Shown: positions 1-11,210 of the stretch, piece by piece
Layout: every line of letters begins with the position of its first letter
How positions within the stretch are numbered: position 1 is the stretch's first letter
NCBI GenBank assembly: GCA_965215185.1
Contig: OZ244034.1
Coordinates: 736,001-800,000, forward strand
Source of the DNA: Acidimicrobiia bacterium
Lineage (GTDB): Bacteria > Actinomycetota > Acidimicrobiia > Spongiisociales > ZC4RG35
DNA length: 64,000 nucleotides
Reading direction: 5' to 3'
Program-made: the position numbers and the translations under genes
Notes under the pieces: generated by a model
Database searches by the model: none
Told to the model about the DNA's origin: nothing
The model's input: only the letters and a program-made list of their open reading frames with translations

Positions 1-2
1 AA

Positions 3-635
3 AGCACGGCCACCTTTGCGGTCGGGCCGGCCGGCACGGGTAAGACCTATCTGGCGATGGCGGCGGCGGTGGAGGCTTTGGTGCAGGGTAATTGCCGAAG
101 AATCGTTCTCACCCGCCCAGCAGTGGAGGCAGGAGAGCGACTCGGCTTTCTCCCCGGGGATCTTACCGCCAAGGTCGACCCTTATCTGCGTCCTCTCTAT
201 GACGCATTGTGGGACATGCTTGGTCATGATGAGACTGCTCGCTTGATTGAGCGGGGAACCATCGAGATCGCGCCGCTCGCCTATATGAGGGGACGCACTC
301 TCAACGATGCCTGCGTGATCCTCGATGAGGCGCAGAACACCTCTCCCGAGCAGATGAAGATGTTCTTGACCAGGTTGGGCTTCAACTCCAAGATGATCAT
401 CACCGGCGATCTCACCCAGACCGACCTACCTTCGGGACGATCATCAGGTCTGAGCGTGGTCCGCCGGATCCTCCGCGACATTCCGGGAGTGGCGTTCGTG
501 GAACTTACCAGCCGGGACGTGGTGCGTCACCGGGTGGTTGCCGACATTATCGATGCCTATCAACGCTACGAGGATGCCGACTCCTCGGGCGCCCAGCAGG
601 TTTCGAGAAGAGAGAACCATGCACGCCCAAGGTAA
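3..635 (+). CDS. phoH: PhoH family ATPase (5' truncated by window edge)
   Basis: Walker A GPAGTGKT upstream of the called ORF start; [29 protein letters not shown] motifs. Confidence 0.95.
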   Translation, partial: STATFAVGPAGTGKTYLAMAAAVEALVQGNCRRIVLTRPAVEAGERLGFLPGDLTAKVDPYLRPLYDALWDMLGHDETARLIERGTIEIAPLAYMRGRTLNDACVILDEAQNTSPEQMKMFLTRLGFNSKMIITGDLTQTDLPSGRSSGLSVVRRILRDIPGVAFVELTSRDVVRHRVVADIIDAYQRYEDADSSGAQQVSRRENHARPR

Positions 636-3405
636 TGGCACTTCCCCACGGTGGGATCAGCCGCTGGTCCGCGGATTGGTGCTGGTGTCTACGGTGGTAC
701 TGGCCTGGGCAATCCTGACCATCGGGGCGGCCAGTGGAGAAGTGGATCTACGAGAAGGTGAACTGGCGACTCGAAACTATATTGCTCAGCGTTCCAACGA
801 GGTGGTGGATCAAAACGCCACCCAGGCCCTGCAGGATGCGGCCGCCGAACAGGTTGAGAGTGTGACCAGTCGGGATGAAAGCATGGAACAACAGGTCAAT
901 AGGGACCTTTCCGAATTGTTCGCGGCGGTGAGAAGCGGGGTGCTCTCACCTGCGCCGGAGTGGGTGGAAACGCTTTCTCTCCCGCCCACCAGCACCACGA
1001 CCACCACAACACCCACCACCGCTTCGACTCCCACCGCCGAACCGAGCACTACCACCTCAAGCCTCACCACTGTCACGGAACCGGCTTCGTCCACCGAAGG
1101 GGAGGATGATTCTGCCACACCCACCGATGGCGAACCTGAAACTGGTGCCGAAGGAGAGAGCGAGGGTGAAGCGCCCGTCACCACCGCTGCGCCCACCACC
1201 GCCGCCCCTTCGACCACTGAGGCCCCTCCCGAATCATTGGTGAGCACTCCGCTCCCCCCGGCCAGAGTTACCCTCACCGGCCGGGTCTTTTTGGATTTCG
1301 ACTCCGACGGTGCGATCACCGAGTCGGGGACCTATCCGGAGGTGGGGTTGGAGTTGATGACGGTGAGGGCTATTTCACCTTTCGGCGAGGGTTATGACAC
1401 CTTCACCCAGTCCAACGGTGATTTCAGCTTGGAGGTGCCCGAAGGGGTGTGGGAAGTGGTGGTGGACAGTCAGGACGCTGATCTTCCCCCGGGCTTCACG
1501 ATTTACTTACCCAGCCGGAGCCAACAGGTGGTGTGCTTGGGAGCGGACGCGGAATGTCCGGTCGACCCGGTTCCCTTCCTTCCGTTGATCCGGCCCATCC
1601 AGTTGCAGAACCAAGAGATTCTCCGGTCCTATCCCCAGTTGAACACGAGTTCGGTGGCCACCCTGGTGGAAGTTGCCGCAGACGACGTGATCCGCCAAGT
1701 GTCGGGGATTGCCCCCGGACTGGTGGAAATCGAGCGGGCCGCTCTCACCTTGATGGTGGATTCTTTCGCCGATGAGATCAAGAGCGAGGATCTGCTGTCC
1801 GCCCAGAGCAGCATCCTCTCCGACCCGCCCGTGGTGTTTATCGACGATGCCCGCAATCCGACTGCCGGTGAGACGGCCGCTGATATCGCCGCTTCCTTCC
1901 TGAGGCCCAATTCGTTATTCGACACCGGCGCCACTGCGGAATTGCGCCAGGAGGCCCGCGAGGCGCAGGAAGCGGTGACAGTCTCATTCCGATCTGGCCA
2001 GCCCATCATCGACGAAGGACAGCCGCTGACCCGGCTAGCCATCGATGCCATCTCCCAGACCGGCGCGGCCACCGGCAGACCCGCGCAGGAGGCGGGAGTG
2101 TTGGTGGTGTTGGGAGCGGTAGTGGCGGTCCTGTCCCTGTATCTGTACCGATTCCGGCTCGATCTGTGGGAACGTGTTCAACTCATAACTCTTTTCGGAC
2201 TGCTGACGGTGCTCGCCGCCGGCGCTGTCAGGGGCGCCACCTTCATAGGGGATGTCTTCGGCTACGAGGTGGGTATCTATGTGCTACCGGCGGTGGCTTT
2301 CGGGTACTTTGCAGCCGTCCTGCTGGACAACCGGGTTGGAATCCTTATGGCGGTGGCTCTGGCGGTGATTACCGCGGTGGGGACCCGAGACGCGGGCGCC
2401 ACCACCTACGCCCTGCTGGCCACCCTGGCTCCGGTGGGGTTTGTCTCCGCCGCTTCCAGCCGCCGGGCCTTCCGCAACTCGGTGGCCGTCTCGGCGGCGT
2501 CTTTGGCGGTGATCGCCGCGGCCACCGCCTGGATTTTCCACACCAGCATCGCCCAAGCCCCAGGGGGCATCATGCTGCAGGCCGGGGTATTGGCCTTCGC
2601 TTCTTCCCTGATCGCCGCGCTGGTGGCGCTGGCGGCCATGTCCTTCTTCGAGAGCATTTTCGATGTGACCACTACTCTGCGGCTGCTGGATCTCACCGAC
2701 CGAAACCACGAGGCCCTGCAACTGCTACAGGAAAAGGCCTTCGGAACATTCAACCATTCCTTAATGGTTGGGACTCTGGCCAGCGCCGCGGCCACCGCCA
2801 TCGGCGCCAATAATCTTCTGGCCCGGGCGGCCGCCTATTACCACGATTTGGGTAAGACCGAGAACCCCCAGTTCTTCATCGAAAACCAGTTCGGAACGAT
2901 CAACCCTCATGATCAGATGCCTCCCGAGCAATCCGCGGAGGTTATTCGCCGTCATGTCATCGATGGGATGAATCTGGCCACGCGCTATCGGATTCCCTCG
3001 GCGGTTACCGAGGGAATCGTTACCCATCACGGCACAGGAATAATCCGTTTTTTCTATGACAAGGCGCTGGGCGTTTACGGGGAGGAACAGGTCAACGTGG
3101 ACGACTATCGGCATGTGGGGGAAAAACCCCGATCTAGGGAGATGGCCATTGTGATGCTGGCCGATGGGGTGGAGGGGGCGTGTCGAGCCGCTTTCCAGAC
3201 GGGTTATGGGGAAGGAGCACCCCCCGAACCGACGCTGCAAGCCATCGGCTCGGTTATAGACGGGATCATCCGCGAAAAGATGTCCGACTTTCAATTGAAC
3301 GAGGCCTCTCTCACTTTTGCTGAGCTTCAATCCATTCGCAATGCCTTCGTGGAGGCCATGTCAGGCCACTACCATCAGCGCATCAAGTACCCCAACTTCC
3401 CTTGA
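619..3405 (+). CDS. 7TM-HD (HDIG) membrane phosphodiesterase, PgpH-like, with an enlarged extracellular region
   Basis: N-terminal TM, multi-TM block, TFNHS...YYHDLGK...THHGT...MLADGVEGA motifs; phoH-HD-ybeY synteny; ATG 619 overlaps phoH end. Confidence 0.85.
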   Translation: MHAQGNGTSPRWDQPLVRGLVLVSTVVLAWAILTIGAASGEVDLREGELATRNYIAQRSNEVVDQNATQALQDAAAEQVESVTSRDESMEQQVNRDLSELFAAVRSGVLSPAPEWVETLSLPPTSTTTTTTPTTASTPTAEPSTTTSSLTTVTEPASSTEGEDDSATPTDGEPETGAEGESEGEAPVTTAAPTTAAPSTTEAPPESLVSTPLPPARVTLTGRVFLDFDSDGAITESGTYPEVGLELMTVRAISPFGEGYDTFTQSNGDFSLEVPEGVWEVVVDSQDADLPPGFTIYLPSRSQQVVCLGADAECPVDPVPFLPLIRPIQLQNQEILRSYPQLNTSSVATLVEVAADDVIRQVSGIAPGLVEIERAALTLMVDSFADEIKSEDLLSAQSSILSDPPVVFIDDARNPTAGETAADIAASFLRPNSLFDTGATAELRQEAREAQEAVTVSFRSGQPIIDEGQPLTRLAIDAISQTGAATGRPAQEAGVLVVLGAVVAVLSLYLYRFRLDLWERVQLITLFGLLTVLAAGAVRGATFIGDVFGYEVGIYVLPAVAFGYFAAVLLDNRVGILMAVALAVITAVGTRDAGATTYALLATLAPVGFVSAASSRRAFRNSVAVSAASLAVIAAATAWIFHTSIAQAPGGIMLQAGVLAFASSLIAALVALAAMSFFESIFDVTTTLRLLDLTDRNHEALQLLQEKAFGTFNHSLMVGTLASAAATAIGANNLLARAAAYYHDLGKTENPQFFIENQFGTINPHDQMPPEQSAEVIRRHVIDGMNLATRYRIPSAVTEGIVTHHGTGIIRFFYDKALGVYGEEQVNVDDYRHVGEKPRSREMAIVMLADGVEGACRAAFQTGYGEGAPPEPTLQAIGSVIDGIIREKMSDFQLNEASLTFAELQSIRNAFVEAMSGHYHQRIKYPNFP

Positions 3406-3467
3406 ATGGAAGAGCCTTCATCTATCAGTCCAGAAGAACCTTCTGATCCGATCCGCAAGGTTCTCCG

Positions 3468-3935
3468 ATGAACGTGCAGGTCATCGACGAGCAGCATTCA
3501 ACGGTGGATCTGGATCTTCTGGGACGTTTGGCTTCCGCGGTGTTGGTCGAGGAGGGATACGGGCCCGGTTGCATGGTGGATGTAACGCTGGTGGGGGACG
3601 ACCGCATGATGGAGATGAACCTTCGGCATCTCGGCCGTGGCGGTCCTACCGACGTGTTGGCGCTTCCCCTACAGGAGATTGAACCGGGGGACCGGCCATC
3701 TGCGGCGTCCCAGGACGGACCGCCTTTGCACTTGGGGGATGTAGTGATCGCTCCCGACTATGTGAGCCGCCAGTCGGCGCGCCATGGAACAGAATTCTCA
3801 GAGGAGATGGGGCTGATGGTGGTGCACGGGCTTCTACATCTGTTGGGTTATCGCCATGACTCCGACCAGCAAACCATCATCATGGAAGAGCGGGAACGCC
3901 GCTACTTGGCTAATGAGGGACTGAGGAGACGATGA
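3468..3935 (+). CDS. ybeY: rRNA maturation RNase YbeY
   Basis: PTDVLA, LGDVVI and HGLLHLLGYRH metal-binding motif. Confidence 0.93.
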   Translation: MNVQVIDEQHSTVDLDLLGRLASAVLVEEGYGPGCMVDVTLVGDDRMMEMNLRHLGRGGPTDVLALPLQEIEPGDRPSAASQDGPPLHLGDVVIAPDYVSRQSARHGTEFSEEMGLMVVHGLLHLLGYRHDSDQQTIIMEERERRYLANEGLRRR

Positions 3936-5116
3936 TCTTGATCTGGGTGGGAGCAGGGTTGTTGGTGAGCGCCTGTCTGCTGCTCGCGGGGCTGGGGGCC
4001 TTGGCCGTCATGGACCGGGCGGGGGAAGCACAGGCAGCGGCCGAAGGGCTTCGCCGTGCAGATCGGCACAACCGCATCCTGGGACGCGATCAATGGATGG
4101 TTCTTGCAGGGTGGCGGATGGAGGCGGCTATCACCATTGTGGCGGTGGCACTGATGACGGCGGGGCTTTCCTCCATCGGTTTGGCGGGCTGGGCGGCGGC
4201 GAGTTGGGCAGTGGCGATCACCCTCGGATGCCGACTAGTTGCCGGGTTGATAGGCCGTCGATGGGAAAGCGCAGAGCGGATTATCGGATTGGCGGAGATG
4301 GCTGCTCGAATGCACTACCGGCTGTGGGGACTGAGGTCCCCACTTGACTTCGACACCGCTGACTCCGAGGAACAAAACCACTCGGAGGAAAAAGAAATGA
4401 TCTCCTCGGTACTGGAGTTCTCCGAGACCATCGTAAGGGAGGTCATGGTCCCTCGCCCCGACATGGTGACCGTCCGAGCGGATGCCGGGTTGGATGAGTT
4501 GGCTGAGATAGTCAAGGAGTATGGCTTCTCCCGCTTTCCCGTTCTAGATGGCGGCATCGACCGCGTGGTGGGAATGGCGTTGGCCAAGGACTTGATTTCT
4601 GTCCTGGTAGGGGGCGAAAGCGACGCCACCGTGGCCGACATAAAGAGGAATCCTCTCTACATTCCAGAGACCAAGGCGGTCTCCGACTTGTTGCGGGAGA
4701 TGCGGCGCAACGGTGAACACATGGCGGTGGTGATCGACGAGCATGGCGGTACGGCAGGTCTGGTGACAATCGAGGATCTGTTGGAGGAGTTGGTGGGGGA
4801 GATCGTGGATGAGCACGATGAGGAGGACGAGTGGGTCCGGGCGGAAGAGGGAGGCGTGTGGTTTGTGGATGGACGGTTCCCGGTGGATGATCTGGGCGAT
4901 CTGTTGGGGGTTACCTTGCCTCAGGAGGACTGGGACACGGTGGGGGGTTTGGTATTGGCCTTGGCCGGCCGAGTCCCGAAAGTGGGGGAGACCCTGGCCA
5001 CCGAAGGCGTGGACTTCATGGTCAAAGAGGTCCTTGGGCATCGGGTATCGGAGTTGAGGGTGCATCGGAGTGGGGAGACTGCGGGGGGAGAGGTTAGAGC
5101 CGCGGCCGCCGGGTAG
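3932..5116 (+). CDS. Hemolysin/CorC-family CBS-domain membrane protein
   Basis: N-terminal TMs; VREVMVPR, FSRFPV, VIDEHGGTAGLVTIEDLLEELVGEI; CorC_HlyC tail. Confidence 0.9.
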   Translation: MILIWVGAGLLVSACLLLAGLGALAVMDRAGEAQAAAEGLRRADRHNRILGRDQWMVLAGWRMEAAITIVAVALMTAGLSSIGLAGWAAASWAVAITLGCRLVAGLIGRRWESAERIIGLAEMAARMHYRLWGLRSPLDFDTADSEEQNHSEEKEMISSVLEFSETIVREVMVPRPDMVTVRADAGLDELAEIVKEYGFSRFPVLDGGIDRVVGMALAKDLISVLVGGESDATVADIKRNPLYIPETKAVSDLLREMRRNGEHMAVVIDEHGGTAGLVTIEDLLEELVGEIVDEHDEEDEWVRAEEGGVWFVDGRFPVDDLGDLLGVTLPQEDWDTVGGLVLALAGRVPKVGETLATEGVDFMVKEVLGHRVSELRVHRSGETAGGEVRAAAAG

Positions 5117-5144
5117 GCGGGCCGGCAGATCAGCGGTGACGATC

Positions 5145-6032
5145 ATGAGGTCGGGGTTCGTGTCGGTAGTGGGGCGACCCAATGTCGGCAAGTCGACATT
5201 GGTGAACGCTTTGGTGGGCCAAAAGGTGGCAATCACCTCACAACGGCCACAGACCACCCGCAACACCATCCGGGGTGTGGTCACCGATTCCGATGCAGAC
5301 CCACCCACATGGCAGATGGTACTGGTGGATACCCCCGGTCTGCACAAGCCTCGAAATGAACTGGGTGATCGCCTCAACCGGCTGGTGTATGGAGCCTTGG
5401 CGGATTCGGATGTCATCGCCTTTTTGGTGGACGCCCGCCAATCCATTGGCCCTGGGGACCGCAGGATCGCCGAGCGCCTGGCCAAGGATCGCTCCAAGGT
5501 GGTGGTTCTGGTCAACAAGACGGACCGGTTCTCCAAGGAAAAGATCGCCTCATGCCTGATGGAGGCGGCCCTGTGGGATTTTGCCGCCTACGTGCCGATC
5601 AGCGCTTTGCGCGGGGACAACCTCAAAGCGGCGGCCTCCGAGCTGTGCAGCCGCCTGCCAGAGGGTCCGATGTATTTTCCTCCAGGCGTGATCAGTGATC
5701 AGCCCGACTCCTTCTATGCCTCCGAGGTGATCCGGGAGAAATTCCTGGCCGGACTACGCCAAGAACTCCCGCATTCCCTTTTGGTGGCGGTGGAGGATTT
5801 CCACTATCGCCACGATGGGCTGGTGACAGTTGAGGCCAAGCTGGTGGTGGAGAGCAATTCGCAGAAGGGGATCGTAATCGGCAAGGGTGGGGCCCGGCTG
5901 CAGGGTGCGGGAAGCGCGGCGCGCCGGGAGTTGGAGTCCTTCTTTGGGGCCAAAGTATATCTGGATCTGCGGGTTGTGGTGGAAAAGAAGTGGCAACGCC
6001 AGCCGGTGCTCCTCGACCGCTTCGGGTTCTAA
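5145..6032 (+). CDS. era: GTPase Era
   Basis: GRPNVGKST, PQTTR, DTPG, NKTD and KH domain VIGKGG; start set to ATG 5145. Confidence 0.96.
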   Translation: MRSGFVSVVGRPNVGKSTLVNALVGQKVAITSQRPQTTRNTIRGVVTDSDADPPTWQMVLVDTPGLHKPRNELGDRLNRLVYGALADSDVIAFLVDARQSIGPGDRRIAERLAKDRSKVVVLVNKTDRFSKEKIASCLMEAALWDFAAYVPISALRGDNLKAAASELCSRLPEGPMYFPPGVISDQPDSFYASEVIREKFLAGLRQELPHSLLVAVEDFHYRHDGLVTVEAKLVVESNSQKGIVIGKGGARLQGAGSAARRELESFFGAKVYLDLRVVVEKKWQRQPVLLDRFGF

Positions 6033-6277
6033 AAGCGCCTGGAGCGTTAGTGGGCCGCCATTGCGGTATGGTGGGTGGATGGGCTCCTCCCAGTTAATGG
6101 CGTCCGATTCTGACCGCGTTATCGCCGTAAGGGTTGACTTACGTTGTTGACGGGGCGCCAATCAAAGCCCCCTCGGGGGAGCGGTCCACCAACGGTGCAG
6201 CCCGTTTGACCGACCAGGGACGGTCACCCAAAACGCTGGCGGATGGAGACATTTGTTGATAATCTAGGACGGGCATC

Positions 6278-9200
6278 ATGAAGAAAATCATGGCCGCCAA
6301 CCGGGGCGAGATAGCCATCCGGATCATGAGGGCCGCGACCGAACTCGGCCTGCGCACCGCCACCATCTACCCGAGCGAGGATCGTTTCAGCCTCCACCGC
6401 TTCAAAGCGGATGAGGCCTACGAGATCGGCAGCGACAAAGGGCCGGTAGCAGCCTATTTGGACATCGACGCCATCGTCGCCTTAGCCAAGGAGCGGGAGG
6501 TTGACGCCATCCATCCCGGATACGGGTTCCTATCCGAAAACAGCAGGTTCTCAAGAGCGTGTGCGCAGGCAGGTATCACCTTCATCGGCCCGCCGCCTGA
6601 GTTGCTCGAGTCTCTGGGTGACAAGACCGCTGCTCGGAGCCTTGCCAAGCGGGCGGGGGTGCCCACCGTCCCCGGAACCGGTCTTGCGCCGGCTGATCCC
6701 CGGGAGATTCTCCTCAGTGCCGAGTCGGTGGGTTATCCGTTGATCGTCAAGGCCTCCTTCGGCGGCGGCGGCCGTGGCATGCGGGTGGTCAACCATCCCG
6801 ATGAGCTGTTGGGAAGGCTGGAGGAGGCGAGCGGGGAGGCTCAGCGCAGCTTCGGAGATGGTTCGGTCTTTCTCGAACGCTACATTTCCCGAGCGCGGCA
6901 CATCGAAGTGCAGATTCTGGCCGACTCCCACGGTTCGGTGGTGCATCTCTGGGAACGTGATTGCTCGGTCCAGCGGCGCCATCAAAAGGTGGTGGAATTG
7001 GCGCCGGCGCCAAACCTACCCGACCAACTCCGCGACAAGATTTGTGCGGCGGCTATCCGGGTGGCCCAGACAACCGGTTACGTGAACGCCGGCACTGTCG
7101 AGTTCCTAGTGGATGCCGATACCGGCGAGTGGTTCTTCATCGAGGTGAACCCGCGCATCCAGGTGGAGCACACCGTGACGGAGTTGGTCACCGGTGTCGA
7201 CCTAGTCCGGTCCCAGATTTTGGTGGCGCAGGGATGCCGGCTCCACGAGGCGCCGCTCTCCATTCCGCTTCAGAGCGAGATCCCCCGCCGGGGGACCGCC
7301 ATACAGTGCCGCATAACCACCGAGGATCCCAAAAACGAGTTCTCGCCGGACTACGGGCGCCTGCAGACCTACCGTAGCCCCGGTGGGCTGGGTATCCGGC
7401 TCGACGGAACTGCTTATGCCGGAGCGGTGCTCAGCCCGTTTTACGACTCGCTTCTTGTCAAACTCACCGCGTCGGACACAAACCTTCCTGACGCCTGCAC
7501 GCGAGCCGATCGAGCTTTGCAAGAGTTCCGGATCCGGGGGGTTGAGACCAACATTCAGTTTCTGCGCAATGTGATCAACCATCCCGATTTCCGCAATGGC
7601 GTTGTAACGACTCATTTCCTGGACGAGACCCCCGAACTCTTCGATATCCGGCCACCCCGCGATCGCGCCAACAGGCTGCTCAGCTATATCGGCGACACGA
7701 TCCTCAACGGGAATCCCACCGTGGCCGGAAAGGAACACCCGAAGAAACTAAAGGCTCCTCCCGTGGTGCCGGTAGACATGAGCGCCAAGCCACCTCCCGG
7801 GACCCGCGATCTGTTGCTGGAACTGGGACCGGACAGGTTTGCCGAGTGGGTCTGGGAGCAAGAGCGGCTTCTGGTGACCGACACCACCTTCCGTGACGCC
7901 CACCAGTCGCTCTTGGCAACCCGGGTGCGCACATACGACTTGTTGGGTACCGCCGGGGCAGTGGCAAGACGCCTCCCGAACCTGTTCAGCGTCGAGATGT
8001 GGGGAGGCGCCACGTTCGATGCGGCGCTCAGGTTCCTGTACGAGGATCCATGGGAGCGTCTCCGTCTGATGCGGGAGGCGATTCCCAACATCTGCTTCCA
8101 GATGCTGCTGCGAGCCTCAAACGCGGTCGGGTACACCAGTTACCCCGACAATGTGGTGCGAGAGTTCACCATCGAGGCCGCCCGGCAGGGTATCGACGTC
8201 TTCCGGGTCTTTGACTCTCTGAACGACGTGCGAAACATGGAGGTGGCCATTGAAGCAGTGCGCAGTACTCATGCCATTTGTGAGGCCGCCATCTGTTACA
8301 CCGGCGATCTTCTTGATCCGGGGAGACCCAAGTACAGCCTGACCTACTACATGGATCTGGCCCGGCAACTCAAGGCGATGGGAGCGCACATACTCTGCAT
8401 CAAGGACATGGCTGGGCTGTGCCGTCCGTATGCGGCCGATCAATTGGTGAGGGTGCTACGGGAGGAACTGGGCATGCCGATCCATTTCCATACGCACGAC
8501 GCCAGCGGGGTGCAGGCGGCCACCCTCCTAAAGGGATGCGAAGCCGGGATCGATATCATCGACGCGGCTGTGGCCGCGGTTTCGGGCTCCACCAGCCAAC
8601 CAAACCTAAACACGATTGTCGGCTCGCTTAGAGGTACCGAGCGGGATACTGAGCTCGACTCGCAGGCTTTAGGCGACTGCTCGCTGTATTGGGAAACGGT
8701 CCGCACCTACTATCAGCCCTTCGACAACTCGCCCAAGTCGGGGAGCGCCCGGCTCTACGACCACGAAATCCCGGGTGGACAGTTCACCAACCTCCAACAG
8801 CAGGCGACGGCCTTGGGTCTTGGGCAACGCTGGCGAGAGGTTGAGGAGATGTATGCGGATGTCAACCAGATGCTGGGTGACATCGTCAAAGTCACACCGT
8901 CCAGCAAGGTGGTGGGTGATCTGGCTCTGTTCCTGCTCTCCAAGGGGATGACGTGTGATGAGGTTCGACGGCTTCCCCCCGACCACAACATCGGGTTCCC
9001 CGAGTCGGTGGTCGACATGATGCGGGGGTCCCTCGGTGAACCTCCCGGCGGGTGGCCGGAGGACATCCGGCAAATACTGCTGTGCCGCAACGAACCGATC
9101 GAGGGGCGGGCAGGCGGGAACCTGCCTAGCGCCGATATCGACGCCTCCGTCGAGACTGCGACGGCGTTGCTCGGGCGGGAAGGGGAGTGGGCCGACGGCC

Positions 9201-9718
9201 TCAGCTACCTGCTCTATCCTGCGGAGTTCACCAAATTTGCCGAGACCCGCCGGAAATTCGCCGATGTTGGCTTGCTTCCCACCCCGGTTTTCTTTTACGG
9301 GCTGGAAGAAGGTGAGGAGTGCGTATTCGACATCGAGCCGGGGAAACGCCTTATTGTGCAGTATCACACCGTGGGCGAACCACAGCCCGACGGAACCCGC
9401 ACGATCTTCTTCGATCTCAATGGAGCGCCCCGGGAGATACGGGTTCGCGACCGGTCCCTCCAATCGGAGAGACCCGCCGCTCGTAAGGCTGATAGCGGTA
9501 ATCCGCAGCACGTCGGCGCTCCGACCCCGGGTGTGGTGACCGGTCTGTTCGTAGCTGTTGGGGACGAGGTGACGGCCACCAGCAAATTGCTGACACTGGA
9601 GGCGATGAAGATGCAGAGCACCATTTACGCTCCGGACTCGGGTCGGGTCAAGGAACTACTGGTTCAAGCGGGAAGCCAGGTCGAGGCCAAGGATCTGCTG
9701 GTGGTGGTGGAATCGTGA
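6278..9718 (+). CDS. pyc: Pyruvate carboxylase
   Basis: ANRGEIA biotin carboxylase, RDAHQS carboxyltransferase, EAMKM biotinylation motif. Confidence 0.97.
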   Translation: MKKIMAANRGEIAIRIMRAATELGLRTATIYPSEDRFSLHRFKADEAYEIGSDKGPVAAYLDIDAIVALAKEREVDAIHPGYGFLSENSRFSRACAQAGITFIGPPPELLESLGDKTAARSLAKRAGVPTVPGTGLAPADPREILLSAESVGYPLIVKASFGGGGRGMRVVNHPDELLGRLEEASGEAQRSFGDGSVFLERYISRARHIEVQILADSHGSVVHLWERDCSVQRRHQKVVELAPAPNLPDQLRDKICAAAIRVAQTTGYVNAGTVEFLVDADTGEWFFIEVNPRIQVEHTVTELVTGVDLVRSQILVAQGCRLHEAPLSIPLQSEIPRRGTAIQCRITTEDPKNEFSPDYGRLQTYRSPGGLGIRLDGTAYAGAVLSPFYDSLLVKLTASDTNLPDACTRADRALQEFRIRGVETNIQFLRNVINHPDFRNGVVTTHFLDETPELFDIRPPRDRANRLLSYIGDTILNGNPTVAGKEHPKKLKAPPVVPVDMSAKPPPGTRDLLLELGPDRFAEWVWEQERLLVTDTTFRDAHQSLLATRVRTYDLLGTAGAVARRLPNLFSVEMWGGATFDAALRFLYEDPWERLRLMREAIPNICFQMLLRASNAVGYTSYPDNVVREFTIEAARQGIDVFRVFDSLNDVRNMEVAIEAVRSTHAICEAAICYTGDLLDPGRPKYSLTYYMDLARQLKAMGAHILCIKDMAGLCRPYAADQLVRVLREELGMPIHFHTHDASGVQAATLLKGCEAGIDIIDAAVAAVSGSTSQPNLNTIVGSLRGTERDTELDSQALGDCSLYWETVRTYYQPFDNSPKSGSARLYDHEIPGGQFTNLQQQATALGLGQRWREVEEMYADVNQMLGDIVKVTPSSKVVGDLALFLLSKGMTCDEVRRLPPDHNIGFPESVVDMMRGSLGEPPGGWPEDIRQILLCRNEPIEGRAGGNLPSADIDASVETATALLGREGEWADGLSYLLYPAEFTKFAETRRKFADVGLLPTPVFFYGLEEGEECVFDIEPGKRLIVQYHTVGEPQPDGTRTIFFDLNGAPREIRVRDRSLQSERPAARKADSGNPQHVGAPTPGVVTGLFVAVGDEVTATSKLLTLEAMKMQSTIYAPDSGRVKELLVQAGSQVEAKDLLVVVES

Positions 9719-9925
9719 TGAGTTGTCAATCCCGGTGGAGCGATCTTCCCACAACCTGACCAGATGCAACAGATCGCCCATCCTGGTGGCATCGAGTAGC
9801 ACCTGTTGACAGGGGCAATCGTGCCAGGGAGGGTACACCTTGGACACCGCCCGGCTGGGATGCTGACAAGACGGTGTAATCTGCTTGATGGCCAAAGTAT
9901 CCCAGGGTTGAGGTTGTGATAGAAG

Positions 9926-11128
9926 ATGCCGGAGAAAATCCAGAAGAGTGCCGAGGGGCTTTCGATCCCCGACCATCCCATTATTCCCTTCATAGAGGGC
10001 GATGGGATAGGACCTGACGTGTGGCGGGCAGCCCGGCGGGTGTTTGACGCCGCGGTCGCCAAAGCCTATGGGGGCGACCGGCGCATCGAATGGCTGGAAG
10101 TGTTGGCCGGGCAGAAAGCCTTCGACCAGACCGGATCTTGGCTTCCGGACGAGACTGTTGACGCCATCAGGGAGTATTTGGTGGCGATCAAGGGTCCGTT
10201 GACGACGCCGGTGGGGGGCGGGATACGCAGCATCAATGTCGCCTTACGCCAGATCCTCGATCTGTATGCGTGTATTAGGCCGGTGCGGTGGCTGCGGGGA
10301 GTGCCTTCTCCGGTGGTGCATCCCCATTTGGTGGACATGGTGATATTCCGGGAGAACACCGAAGACCTGTACAGAGGGTTGGAATTGAAGGCAGGAAGTC
10401 CTGAGGCGATTCGGCTGCTGGCCCATCTGCAAGCCGATTTGGGCTGGGAGATCCGGCCCGACTCGGGGATCGGTATCAAGCCGATTTCGGAGACGGGGAC
10501 CAAACGCCTGGTGCGGGCGGCCGTTCAGCACGCGCTCGACAATGGTCGCCGATCGGTGACCATAGTTCACAAAGGCAACATCATGAAATTCACCGAGGGA
10601 GCGTTCCGGGAATGGGGTTACGAATTGGTCCGTGAGGAGTTCGCCGATAGGGCGGTGAGTTGGGAAGATTGCGGTGGGGAACCTGGTGACCGTCTCTTGG
10701 TGCAAGATGTGATCGCCGACGCCTTTCTGCAGAAGATTCTCACTCGACCCGCCGAGTTCGATGTGATAGCCACGATGAATCTCAACGGTGACTATATATC
10801 GGACGCCTTGGCGGCCCAGGTGGGGGGGGTCGGCTTGGCCCCGGGGGGCAACATCAACTTTCAGGTTGGCTTTGCCCTTTTCGAGGCCACCCATGGGACC
10901 GCTCCCAGCTATGCCGGACTGGACAAGGTGAATCCGGGTTCGCTGATACTTTCCGGAGAGATGATGCTTCGTTATATTGGGTGGTCGGAGGCGGCTGACC
11001 TGATTCCGGCCGCGATGGAGAAGTCCATCATCGATAAGGTGGTCACCTATGACTTGGCCAGGCTCACCGAAGGTGCCACCACAGTGGGGACATCGGAATT
11101 CGCCTCAGCGGTGATCGAGAGAATGTAA
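9926..11128 (+). CDS. icd: NADP-dependent isocitrate dehydrogenase
   Basis: [33 protein letters not shown] motifs. Confidence 0.96.
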   Translation: MPEKIQKSAEGLSIPDHPIIPFIEGDGIGPDVWRAARRVFDAAVAKAYGGDRRIEWLEVLAGQKAFDQTGSWLPDETVDAIREYLVAIKGPLTTPVGGGIRSINVALRQILDLYACIRPVRWLRGVPSPVVHPHLVDMVIFRENTEDLYRGLELKAGSPEAIRLLAHLQADLGWEIRPDSGIGIKPISETGTKRLVRAAVQHALDNGRRSVTIVHKGNIMKFTEGAFREWGYELVREEFADRAVSWEDCGGEPGDRLLVQDVIADAFLQKILTRPAEFDVIATMNLNGDYISDALAAQVGGVGLAPGGNINFQVGFALFEATHGTAPSYAGLDKVNPGSLILSGEMMLRYIGWSEAADLIPAAMEKSIIDKVVTYDLARLTEGATTVGTSEFASAVIERM

Positions 11129-11210
11129 GCTGCGAGTATGGCTTTTGTGGCTGGAAGGTGAACAACAGGGCGGAGTATTCTTGTCCTACACCCTTTGAGG
11201 TAGACCGACA

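Noticed and set aside
11129-11210. NAD-sensing riboswitch or operator upstream of nadA
   Set aside because: Only about 80 bp, with no recognisable motif or convincing palindrome.
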